Below are positions 24,679 through 36,037 of a stretch of 64,000 nucleotides of DNA, piece by piece. A model generated the notes under the pieces. That model was given only the letters and a program-made list of their open reading frames with translations, did not search any database and was not told the DNA's origin. Source of the DNA: Psammoneis japonica (lineage: Eukaryota); NCBI GenBank assembly GCA_008632985.1, contig QPGO01000022.1, forward strand, positions 186,001 to 250,000, given 5' to 3'. How positions within the stretch are numbered: position 1 is the first letter of the stretch; each line of letters starts with the position of its first letter. Both the position numbers and the translations under genes were made by a program.

Positions 24679-26522
24679 ATGTCGTCATTTAAATCATCGT
24701 CCGCGTTGCAGACGCGCTTGCCTGGCGCATCTTCTGTGACTTTGGGTATGGAGGGAACGTCCGATCCCGGAGAAGCACGGTTCTGGACGCAAAAATACGG
24801 GTTGGGAAACACTTACGGGACGACGCCGAACAAGTTCAGCCATCCTCGCGCACTTTGTTTCAAGACGTCCTCGAACTCAATTGTAGATCAGGTTTTATTT
24901 GGTCCTCCCATTCAAACGAAGTCGAGTCCACTGGCGGTGGTGAGTGGACCTCGTGTTGGATTGTATGGGACAGCGCCCGTCTCGGCATTTCATCGTGCTC
25001 TTGCGCGACACACCTTGGGACTAGATGAAAATCAAGATATTGATGCCGATCGAAATATCGGAACTGGCGGAATCCCGGACGATGTGCTGCCTATAGACAC
25101 GATGGTCGATGCTCGCGGTCGGTACGGACCGTGGTGGAGTCCGTGTGTGTGATGTTACGAGCCGAGCGATTCTTTGCACCTTTCTCGGTCAAACGCAACA
25201 TGCGGTTCGTACAGTATCATGGATGAAGAGTGGAAAAGAAATTGTCAGTGGCTCTGATGATGCCATTCTGAGAGTATGGAGCTTGTCACAAGCCGCGTTT
25301 CAGTCGTCCACTCCCCTCTTGACCATGACTGGCCACGGTGATGCCATTCGATGTGCTGTCGTGTGGGAACCGACAAAGGATCAAAAAGATAATGTGCCTT
25401 GGACCGCATTGGCCATGACAGGCAGTTATGACCATACGATTCGGGTTTGGAACTTGGATATTGACAACAACAAACAAGGCGAAAACGAAATTAGTCGTTG
25501 TCTTTCGGTGCTTTCCCACGGAGCACCTGTGGAAGCTTTGCTGCTCATGCCAAACTCGGCGTCGCCGTCTTCTCCTCCGTGGCTGCTGTCCGCTGGTAGC
25601 AATGTTGTCAAGGTATGGAATCCGCTAACGGGTGTCTGCTCTTCAACTCTGCATACACAACATAGCAAAACGATTACTTCATTGGTAGCAATGAAACGGA
25701 CAGAGGGTGAGCAACATTCAGAAGCATGGCGGATTTTGACTGCCGGGCTAGATGGTCTTGTCCGTATCCACACCTGGGACGATGAGAATGGAGAACTTCA
25801 ACATGTGCACGGCGTTAAGCTCCCACATCCCATTACAAGCTTGGCGGTCAGTGAAAACTCGGAGCGCTTGGTCATTGGAACAGCCACTGGTCACCTACTC
25901 GTGCGAAGTCGAGGACCAAGTATCACTTCGTTCAAGCGCAAGCGCGAGCCCCGTGCTGGAACATATGCATACTTCATGAGGGGCATGAATGCAACAGCGG
26001 ACGACAATGACTACGTGGCTCAGCAGGAAAAGAAACGGAAACTCAAGTCCTTTGACGTTGCCTTGAAGCAATTCAGATACCAAGACGCACTGGACGAAGC
26101 ACTGTATTCGCGACAACCGCAAGCGGTGAGTACAGATCCATCTCTCTTCGGTCGCCCAGCTGAAGTCTAATTCTTTCCCTCATTTACAGGTTGTTGCTGT
26201 TTTGGAGGAACTTGGAAAACGCCGCGGCCTTGTGATTGCCCTCTCGAATCGAGACGAGGAGTCCCTGGAACCCATTCTTTCTTTTACTGTACGCTATATT
26301 GCTCGACCGCAATTCTCCTCTTTGCTAATAGATGTTGCACACAAGCTCTGTGATATATACGGTGGCGTGGCAGGTCAGTCAGAAACTATTGATGAGTTGT
26401 TTGATAAGCTTCGAAATCGAGTTAAAGACGAATGCAGAGTACAAAGATCACTGTTGAGACTCATGGGGCAGTTGGATGGTATTTTGACAGCAGCGGAAAT
26501 GGAAATTGCGTTACAAGAGTAG
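24679..26522 (+). CDS. UTP15: U3 snoRNA-associated protein 15 (WD40 plus UTP15 C-terminal domain), intron 26126-26189, frameshift(s) near 25075-25108
   Basis: WD40 repeats (GSDDAILRVW, GSYDHTIRVW, GLDGLVRI). The C-terminal LKQFRYQDALDEAL..LEELGKRRGL..ALSNRDEESLEPILSF joins in frame across the intron. Confidence 0.85.
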
Positions 26523-26600
26523 AGCGAAAACAGATACAAATTACATATAATAATGTTATGCAGTACACCAGTATGAAAGTAACCACATTTCAAAACGTTC

Positions 26601-29264
26601 TTATTCCCCAAAAGAGCGCTTGAGCACCTCGTCAGAGGCTGAAACTACATCGCTTGCTGCTTGATACCTGCCAGATAGAATATGATTCACTAACAACCCC
26701 GTCTCTCTCTTTCCACATATTGCAGCAACAAGGGAATGTACTTTTTCCCAGTACGGTTCTACCCAGTCCGCCCCACCTCGGGCTTGTGACCATTTGAAAA
26801 CAGCGTCTTCCAATGATTTCGCTGCGGAGTCCACGTCGACGGTCCCTCAGGAAACATACAAGCAGCCGTTTGGAGAAACTCCAATGCAAATGCCCTATCT
26901 CCATCCAACGAGGCCGGACACGTTGCGGGTGCTGTCCTCACCCAATTCGGTGGACCCTGCGAAGCACTGCTGTGCCTATCACTTGTACTGGTGCGGTCGC
27001 TAAAAGGTGCGGAAGCAGCACCATGCGAGACATCATCGTCCAATTTGCTATCTTTTCCTCTCATCAAATGGCTTAGAGAAAAAGTCTTTCTTTCCGATTT
27101 CGCCTGTTGGGTGCTGGACTTGTACGGTGAATCCAGGCCGTTCTGGCTCGTCGCACGAGAGAGTGCTGGCGATGCTGGTCCCGCTGCTTCGGGAACTCGC
27201 GTCGATGCGAGATCAACAGCATTGTGTCCCCTTAGTTCTGAATCGTTGTTTTCATTCTTTTCGCCGCCCAACTTTTCGGGCTTGTCCTCTGACCCTGGTC
27301 GCCGAATCTTTGTCTCGCCTTTGTTGCTTGCCGACGCCTGCTTGCTGTCGACGGCCTTTGATGCTGACGATCTCTTTTTCTTCGTGGGAACAAAGCCTTC
27401 AGGAATTTCCCCTTGCCAGCCTGATACAATTCCTTCATTGAGTTCCACACCGTCTTATACACTCCGTATTCTCTCTCCATCTTTTTCAGAATAGGTTTTG
27501 ATTCCTTCATTAGCTGGGGGAGTTGGTAAGTCTCGATGAAGGAAGCCGATAGTGAATCGACGAATTGTGAGAGATCAGTGATCACCACAGCAAGATCTTT
27601 GCCGTCTCCAGTCTTGAGAGATGATTTCCAGCGCTCTTCCAACGGAAGGAATTTCTTTTCGCACTCTTCGAACCTTCGTTGTTCTTCTTTCAGAGCTTTT
27701 GTAGCCCCCTTGCTTCTCTTGCGCTCGATCTTCGCTTTCTTTGGCTTTTTCTTCTTCGGTGATTTAGCGGGTGAGTCGCTTCGTTTCCGCTTCTTCGACT
27801 TGACGCTTGTGTCCGGTTCGTAGTTGAGATCAGCGTCATCGTCCTCGCTCGTGACAACATCTTCTTCGTATTCCTCACCCGAAGAGACTTCGTTTTCCGC
27901 AAAGTCCTCTTCTACTGCCTCTGCCACGCTTTCTTCTTGCTTTTGCGTTTTCTGTGCTTTTTTCGATCCTTCCCCGTCGCTTTCTTTGGCGGAGGCGGTT
28001 CTTCGTCACTGCTTATAAGCTCCTCATCCACTTCCTCGTCTCCTTCAAATTCGAAAATCTCATATTCTTCGACAAAGCCAGCAAAGGGTAGCTTTCTGTC
28101 CGTTGGATCCTTAGGAGCGTGAGCGTTGATCTCTTCTAACCCTCTCACCAAGTCCTGCTCGGCTTTCGACATCTTCTTCCCTTGGTCGAGTTTCTTCTGG
28201 ACGGACGCTTTCAGTTTGTGATTCCCCTTCATAACCCCCTCCTCGTACGTCATACAGCTTTTCTTGGGTACTAATGAGAATGCCTTATTCATATTTTGCT
28301 CTCCATACCAATAGACAAGTCTCTCCATTCTGTCTTGATGGCCCTTGGTCTATGAAAAACGAAAAAGAGTTTTGGAATCGGTGAACGAATTCGGTGTTGT
28401 GACTAAAGAAGAAGTATTGCGAGGTTACCTTGTGTTCACTCACCTTTTCGTAAGATGCCATCCATTTTTCACGTACAGCCCCAGGGGCACGTGGTATGGA
28501 CTCAGAAACATAACCGGCAGAACGCTTTTGCTCCACTTCGCAAATCCGATTTGGCCAAACTCTGTACGCACATCATCCGGTATTTCTGAGAGAATTCTCT
28601 CCTTCTTTTCTTCGAACTCTCGTTTCATAGCGTCTCGTTGTTGTAAGAGAGCTTGACTCTTTCTGACGCGTACTGGTTCCGCCTGTTTCCTTTTCTTACG
28701 ACCTTTGCCCTTCTTGGGTGCTGAGGCTGACTTTCCCTTCTTACCAGCCTTTTTCGGTTTAGATCCCCCCTTCTCGTTGACATTGCCTTGGGTCCCCAAA
28801 CTCAAGGACTTATCCTGCTCCTCAGGAGGATCTTCCGCTCCAGCTGCACTCGACTTTGCTCTGATTTTCTCCCCCGTCTTTGTTTCGAGTTCTTCGCTAG
28901 CAGTAGTGTTGGGCGTGGCACCCTCCTCCTCGATATCCATGTCGCTTTCAACTTCATTGTCGCGATAATGTTTTATTTCTTCAACCCAATGGTTACGGCT
29001 CGATTGAAGCCTATCGAGTATCGCCCTTCGTTCCGATTTGCTTCCGTTTGCGAGGTCTCTCGCCACCGCCGTCAAGAACTTGTTGAACACGTGTTTCTTC
29101 TCTGTTATGGGTGGCAGATTTCCGTCCGAGTCAAGCAGCTTATCAAAGTCGTCCTTCCCAAACCCATGTACAAACATGTCCCCTTGTCGAAGCTTCCTGA
29201 GATATTTTCGGATATGCCGTAGCGTGGCGGAGTCTCCCGTCGTCTCGGCAGAGGAACCGCTCAT
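26601..29264 (-). CDS. Large K/E-rich nuclear protein with a divergent PWWP/Tudor-like block; multi-exon and frameshifted
   Basis: Collinear minus-strand ORFs 28440-29264, 27912-28328, 27232-27927, 26759-27448 and 26601-26834. FGQIGFAKW..LPVMFLSPY and LVYWYG resemble a PWWP-type fold. NLS-like basic runs are present. Confidence 0.5.
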
Positions 29265-29517
29265 TGCTGTGGTGCTTTCTCTCTAGAGTTTTCTCGGGCG
29301 TTCTCTGTTGTTCAAACGCGCCCACAGAATAACGGGTTGGTAACTGAAGCAATACGACGTAGCTTATCGACTGGTGGTGCAGGTAATCTCTCTAGATCTC
29401 TATGAATAGCGTACTGTACAACCGCCCGGGTCACTTGATCATCTCATCGTCATCGTCGTTGTTGCGCGCGTTTCGAACATACATACGGTCTACCATGATG
29501 TACCCCCTTACATAGAA

Positions 29518-29933
29518 NNNNNNNNNNNNNNNNNNNNNNNNNNNNNNNNNNNNNNNNNNNNNNNNNNNNNNNNNNNNNNNNNNNNNNNNNNNNNNNNNNN
29601 NNNNNNNNNNNNNNNNNNNNNNNNNNNNNNNNNNNNNNNNNNNNNNNNNNNNNNNNNNNNNNNNNNNNNNNNNNNNNNNNNNNNNNNNNNNNNNNNNNNN
29701 NNNNNNNNNNNNNNNNNNNNNNNNNNNNNNNNNNNNNNNNNNNNNNNNNNNNNNNNNNNNNNNNNNNNNNNNNNNNNNNNNNNNNNNNNNNNNNNNNNNN
29801 NNNNNNNNNNNNNNNNNNNNNNNNNNNNNNNNNNNNNNNNNNNNNNNNNNNNNNNNNNNNNNNNNNNNNNNNNNNNNNNNNNNNNNNNNNNNNNNNNNNN
29901 NNNNNNNNNNNNNNNNNNNNNNNNNNNNNNNNN
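29518..29933. other. Assembly gap (416 N)
   Basis: Run of N bases. Confidence 1.
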
Positions 29934-30047
29934 GCTTGTTGCCAACACTTCTGTTTTTCAACGAACAGCTGAACTGAATCAACTGAACAGCGTGAACTGC
30001 ATCCAATCGACATCAGTAGAGAAGAAGTTGCCCGTCCCAAGAAAAAC

Positions 30048-32213
30048 ATGTGGAGCTTTCGCCCCTTCAGACGACATACTTATGCAACTATACGATTCTG
30101 CTTGATCTCATTGTTTCTTGTTTCGGTTGATGGGTTTTTTCACGCGTCGCAGGATCCAAGACGCCCCTCGTTACAACGCAGAGTAGATCATAGATCTGAT
30201 TCAATCTTTCGGGTGCCGTTTGTGCTGTTCTACGGGAGTCAAGATGATAATGATGACGATGATGAGGACATAGATTTGTCAGGTCAAGATTGGCGTGCGT
30301 TTCGAGCCAAGCTTGTAATGTCTGAACCTGATGAAGCCACTGCGGCCGACAAGGCTGCCGCTCCCGTTGCCGAGGAAGACGACCTGGATGGTATCGGGGC
30401 AGCGTTTCAGTCTCAGAGAAGCAGTTTGGATGAGGGCACGAAAGCCGTAGAAAAGACTTCGGCATCTTTCAATGAAATGACTCCATTAGATCCGTCGCAG
30501 TGGGCCTATGATTCAGGGAAGGTAATTGAAAAAGGAGCTGTTATTCTTGGAGGGGTCGAGCAAGATTTTGGATTTGGATTACGCCAGCAATACTTTCATA
30601 AAGCGGCCATTCTGGTTTTAGATCACGACGAAAACATGTTTACAAAGGGGATAATACTTAACAGACCATCTGATCTCATGTTGGAAGAGAAATGGCGAGT
30701 TTGGTTCGGAGGGGACGTGCAAGGTCTCAACTCAAATAATCCTGAGATAATTTGCCTTCATTCCTTGAAGACCGAGAAAGTTAGGAATGCAAGTGTGACA
30801 GTAATGAACGATATCCAGGTGAGTGTAGCGGATGTAATTGCTATTCATTTTCAAGTCCCGCACTGAGATGACTTTTCTTATCTTGATGCGTGGTCATACA
30901 GTGGACGTCATTCGACAACGCCAAGCGGCTGGTAAAGTCCGGTTTGGCGTCGCCATCAGATTTTTGGGTCTTTAGTGGCTATGCTGGTTGGTAAGATAAT
31001 CTCGTCTCCTGCGCTGTGCTTCGTTCAGCATTGACTAACGTCCACCGCTTACTGCAGGGGCCCAGGACAGCTAGCATCTGAGCTGGATAGGCAGTCTTGG
31101 TATATGGTCTCAACTGACTCGAATACTCTTTTGAAAGAACTTGCCAGGCAGAGCTCCGGCGCTGATCCGCGAGATGCTGGACTTGACACTTGGGATCTCT
31201 TGATGAATATGATTGGCCGCGGTGAGACAGCAGAGGAGTGCTCTGGTGACTTTGACGACTTGATACTCAAAGAATGGGCGAGGGAGAATCTTCTTTCACT
31301 GGAAGCAGGGGGGTCTGCAGAGATTCAGAATGTAGACAACGGCGCGAAGCAGCTACTGCGAGCGGATCCAATAGACAAAGTGATGAAGCAAGTGTCCGAT
31401 GCTGTCCGTGGAGAAGCAATACGCGCAGGCTCACTTATTCGTGCGTGTGCAAAGGACCGATCACCGTTCCTCCTAGAGAACCAGGAGTTTCACAAAGCTG
31501 TCATCTTGGTTATCAATGATGATACAAATGCTTTCGTCGGTGTCATTTTGAACCGCCCAGCTCAAGGAGGGCTGAGCCTGAAAATATCTGACAAGAATAC
31601 TGGGCTTACGAATATCACAGAAGTGCCACTTCGATATGGAGGTCCTTACGCAGTAAAAGGCGCAGATCCCCTGCTTTGGTTACATTGCGATGCGCGCCTC
31701 AAAGAGGCGAAAGTTGGGGATGAAGTCGGTGATGGCACAAGCTGCGTATGGAAGTGCACGGGAGATGACGCGAGCGCCGCCATTGCCAGCGGGATTGCCC
31801 GACCAGACGATTTTATTGTCGTTAGCGGAGTTTCGATATGGGCGAAAAGTGGGGCGCAATTAGGTTTGGGACGTTCGGAGGTCAGTAATGAATATTTCGA
31901 GTTAATAAAGGAAAGCGCTACGGACAATGTTTGGAAAAAGCTTCTGCAGCAGAAGTCACTCACAAAGTTGAACCTAGTTCGGAGTGTTGAACTAGCAAAT
32001 GAAGCGTGGGAGGAGGGAGTAGACAAAAGTAAGGCCATGTCGACCGATAACGCAGAGTCTGTTAGCATTGGTGGCATCGGGGAGGGTTTTGATGAAGAGG
32101 ACGACTCCCTTGTGTTCAAGAGTGATGTGAAGGTCGCAAAACTTTCAGATGATGCGTTACGTAGTTGGATAGCGACGTTTTTGTTGGGAGCACCAAGTTT
32201 GGGAGTGCTGTAG
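30048..32213 (+). CDS. Tandem DUF179 (YqgE/AlgH-like) protein, probably plastid-targeted; introns 30819-30901 and 30991-31057
   Basis: Hydrophobic signal ending VDGF, DWRAFRAKLV, YFHKAAILVLDHD..GIILNRP, FGGDV, spliced GYAGWGPGQL, and a second copy FHKAVILV..GVILNRP..YGGP. Confidence 0.85.
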
Positions 32214-32608
32214 GACAAACATGTTTACTTTTTAGGTATTTCATGTCTTCTGTTGCTCTCTACTTTAAATCGCCGCTGCTGGCAGGATGGTAGAGGTAGT
32301 CCCAACCTACTTATACTCGTGCTACGAATAGAGGTCTCTAAAACTCTATCCGAGCATGAGCTTCATTCTGCTTCAGTTCAGGAGCCACCCTTGAACTCTC
32401 TTAATCAGTCGCAATAGCTACAGTGCATGCCACGCAACACTCTCTAAATACTAGGGCTAGCACACGAGACCACATCTGATTTGTTCGACACAAACTGCGC
32501 AACACACAACTCATCAACGCAACACACAACATCAACGAACATGCCGCACCGCACAATGAGCATGAGAAGCTAAGTACAGTAGTTTGGAAAGCAGCAAGCC
32601 ATAACTGA

Positions 32609-34455
32609 ATGCATTCGGAGTCTCAAGAACGTTCTGAAGAGGGAAGTGACTCGGAGGAGGAAGGATTTCGTCTCCTTTTGGGTGGAATATCGACATCAGA
32701 CTTGGCATCATCCGCTGCGTGGGAAGCAAAAGGAGGAAACGAAGTCAAGACGGATTCTCCAGAAGCGCAAGCAAAGCCCATTTCCAATCAACACGGAAAA
32801 CAATGGAACCCACCTGCAATTCATCTTCTGGCATCCTCTAGTACTGAGGCGCCACTGCCCACCACTTGCAACGACACCAACAAGAACGAAATCTTTAGCA
32901 ATGCCTTTCATATGTCTGTCGATGGGAGATGTGTCAACCCTCCCTTAGTCATTACTGACATGGTAAGGCTTGATCGCCGAAATTTGTAATCCATCGCCAA
33001 AGTCAATGAGTCAACCAATACTTTTGTTTATTTTCTTGTGTTTCACTTTTTCGTCACTAAACGAAATAATAAATTTCGGATGTCGCAAAGTCATCGGTCA
33101 ACAATCGTGGTAACGGGCTGGTGGCGTCACGGTTCATCCGTGAGGGAGAAATCATCTACACCGAAAAGGCTTCCGTAGCAACTCAGATACCATCGCGTTA
33201 TCCCTCTCACCGATGTTTTCGTGTCCGAGGCTGTCAATGCTGTTTTCGGTCGCTTGAGCCAGTATCGTCCTGTACTCTGCAATCTACAGACGCACTTGGC
33301 AAAGACTTGACGCTTCCATTTCCTCACCTATGGCCCGTGCCAGAATACAAAGGGTATCAGCCTCTTGATCTGCAGAAAAAGACACCATATCTCAAGGACG
33401 ATTATGGGAGAATTCATTGCAAGGAATGTGGGGTGTTGTTTTGTTCAATCAACTGTAGGGATGCGCACAATAGGGCGCTGGGGACTTGTTGTGATTTCAT
33501 GGCTGCAATACAAGCCGTTGCACATGCGTCATGTAAAATCAACAGTAACGCCTTATCAGACACTGAACAAGAATCAGCAAACGAAACAAGCGGCGTTTCT
33601 GACTTGATTCTCGAGAGTGAAATCGATCCATCCGTATTCGTTGCGACTCGCGTATTATGTATGGAAGTTCAAATGCATCGTACTACCGGGGAGAACGAAA
33701 ATGCAAATAGTCCAGTACGTGGCATGTGCGGCAATCCTGAGAACGTAACCTCTCTTGAGATTGGGTGGATGCACCGGAAAACATCATCCCACTATGTGTA
33801 CACCTTGGAACCAGCATATGACGCCGTGAGCACAGCCATGCAACTCACCCCGACTGAACGGCAGCTATTCCCTCTGAAATACTTCCACCGTCTTGCAGCA
33901 GTAGCAGCGAGGAACTCGTTTGAAGTCGCAACACAAAGTCCCTTTAAACTCTACTATTCTTCTCTAATGCGTGCCGTTGGCGGGAGAGGAACCGATCAAC
34001 ATACGGATGCCATGAAGAGAATCGCTATGGTACTTGGATCAGAAAACGGCACTCTCTGTAGGGATATGGACGAGCAAATTTCGGAGCGAGTAAGCATGGG
34101 AAGAAAAGCTGTTGTTTCCTCTTGGGGTTCGAAACTCACGCTTTCGTTCCTTTTCCCTGCCTGATGTGCGGAAACCAAATAGTGTGTAGTGAAGGCTGCG
34201 TGTTTGTTCAAGTTGACCGCTCGCGTAAACCACTCGTGCGATCCCTGCGCCGAAGTTCGACAACAACAGTTTGTCGACTGCAACGTAGACCTCGTGGCAA
34301 CTAGGGACATTTTGTGTGGGCAAGAGATATCCATCAGCTACATGAACTTTGGCCGCATGTGTGGTCGCGCCCACGACACAGCTAAACGCAGAAGAGAGCT
34401 TCAAGCTAGGTACTTGTTTATTTGTGATTGCAACCGCTGCACCGGCAACGACTAG
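32609..34455 (+). CDS. SMYD-type SET/MYND lysine methyltransferase, multi-exon; start approximate
   Basis: GNGLVASRFIREGE, Cys knuckles CQCC/CKEC/FCSINC, VNHSCDP, GQEISISY and post-SET YLFICDCNRC. Confidence 0.8.
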
Positions 34456-34479
34456 AGTAAGCATTATTCTTCCGGTTGC

Positions 34480-35538
34480 TCACTGCAGCGCTCCCTCTTC
34501 AAGAACGTTAATCATGGAGAACACCTTTCCCTCTGATTCTGTTCTCAACTTCTTCGCCAGAAACTTGACCGCGTCAGCGGTCCCTTCGGCATAAACAGTG
34601 CGACCAGCGACGTTGTGTTGCAACTGGAAATTCACGGATCCGTCCGCACTTGTGAGAGTGTAGGTATGAAAAGCATGACCCATTAGAGCATCCTCTGGAA
34701 CTCCGAATTTCACTGCCTCCTCATCGTTACGTATCATTTCAATATCGTCGTATTCGAATTCGTCATCACTGAGTTTCTTGAGCGAATCGATTACAGCCTT
34801 GGCAGTCCCCGATGTGTCGGCCTTTGTCTTTTGATGACTCTCTACAACTTTGAGTTTGTACCCCGCAAAAGCCGAAGGGTACTTGGACGCCAATTCCTCC
34901 AATGCCAACTGCATGGCAACAATTTGTTTGCCCATGTTTGGAGCGATCACTGCAAAGTGTTTTGCACCCTCCACATCGGCCATTAGCTTTTCTCGGTCAC
35001 CACCCGTTGTTCCCATGACAAAGGGCAGTTTATTCTTTACGTAGAACAGAGCATTCCCGTTCACCGCTGAGGGATGTGTGTAATCGATCGCCAGCAAATT
35101 GTCTGGACCAGCTGCTGTCATGAGTCCCTCAATGGCTGATTCCATCTCCTCCGTTTCGGTGGACGGCACAAGTCGAACATCAGCTTTCTTCTCTGTCACA
35201 GGATCAAACACTGTAATAGTGCATGGGTCAATATCAGGTCCTGTCATGGCAACGGGAGAAAGCTGAAGACCCTTGCGCAAACAGGCTTCAGCGGCCGCCG
35301 TTGCCATTGGACCTGGCATGCCGTTCACCATGATGCGCACCTCCGACAAGTCTTCTGAGGCGCTCATTTGCAAACCAGTCCTTGTCGACCTGGAGAAGGG
35401 ATTTTGAGAAGGCGACCACGACGACAGGAAGGCGCACGATTGTTCAATGATCAGCATTAAACACGCCGTAAGGACTAAAAGTGAACGGTTCGTCATGGTA
35501 GATGTCTTCTTTTTCACCTCTACCGGTAGGAACGACAT
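34480..35538 (-). CDS. dapB: 4-hydroxy-tetrahydrodipicolinate reductase, plastid-targeted (start may be 35496)
   Basis: Signal peptide plus SCAF motif, IMVNGMPGPMA, DYTHPSAVN, FVMGTTGGDRE, ESHQKTKADTSGTAKA and GHAFHTY. Confidence 0.92.
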   Translation of the reverse strand: MSFLPVEVKKKTSTMTNRSLLVLTACLMLIIEQSCAFLSSWSPSQNPFSRSTRTGLQMSASEDLSEVRIMVNGMPGPMATAAAEACLRKGLQLSPVAMTGPDIDPCTITVFDPVTEKKADVRLVPSTETEEMESAIEGLMTAAGPDNLLAIDYTHPSAVNGNALFYVKNKLPFVMGTTGGDREKLMADVEGAKHFAVIAPNMGKQIVAMQLALEELASKYPSAFAGYKLKVVESHQKTKADTSGTAKAVIDSLKKLSDDEFEYDDIEMIRNDEEAVKFGVPEDALMGHAFHTYTLTSADGSVNFQLQHNVAGRTVYAEGTADAVKFLAKKLRTESEGKVFSMINVLEEGALQ

Positions 35539-36037
35539 CCATCAGACATCACAGTTTCGAGTGTCGGGTGTCTGGTGTCCCTGCGGTCGTGGTCGGCGGC
35601 TGACTTCCTCCTCTTGGTACCGGTAGGGGGATTCCCATCTCTGAAGTGATTATGACGTCAGGCGTAGAATCACGTAGCCTCTGGTATAAAATAGATTGAT
35701 GATCACTCGACCCAATTCTCCTTTTATCATACCAGGCATCGTAGCTTTCTACAGAATTATCATCCACTGGATTTCCGCTACGCGATTTTTCTACGTGGCT
35801 TGGTACAAGTGGGTTGAGCAGACAGCTGGCACCGCACAATCAACCGTTACGATAAGAAAATAGCCGTTACGTAACGGACGTCTCTTCCATAAGTGCAACA
35901 TTCTTTCGTTGCGAGGTCCTTTATCAAAAATCACTTGACACATTTCTCCTCACAAAAAGTTAACGAAATTTGGTTCTCATCACAACCGTTCATGAAAATT
36001 CACACAAAGTGTCTAGATGATGTAGACGATTATTCAT

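Noticed and set aside
29431..30049. ORFs spanning the N run
   Set aside because: Artefacts of the assembly gap.
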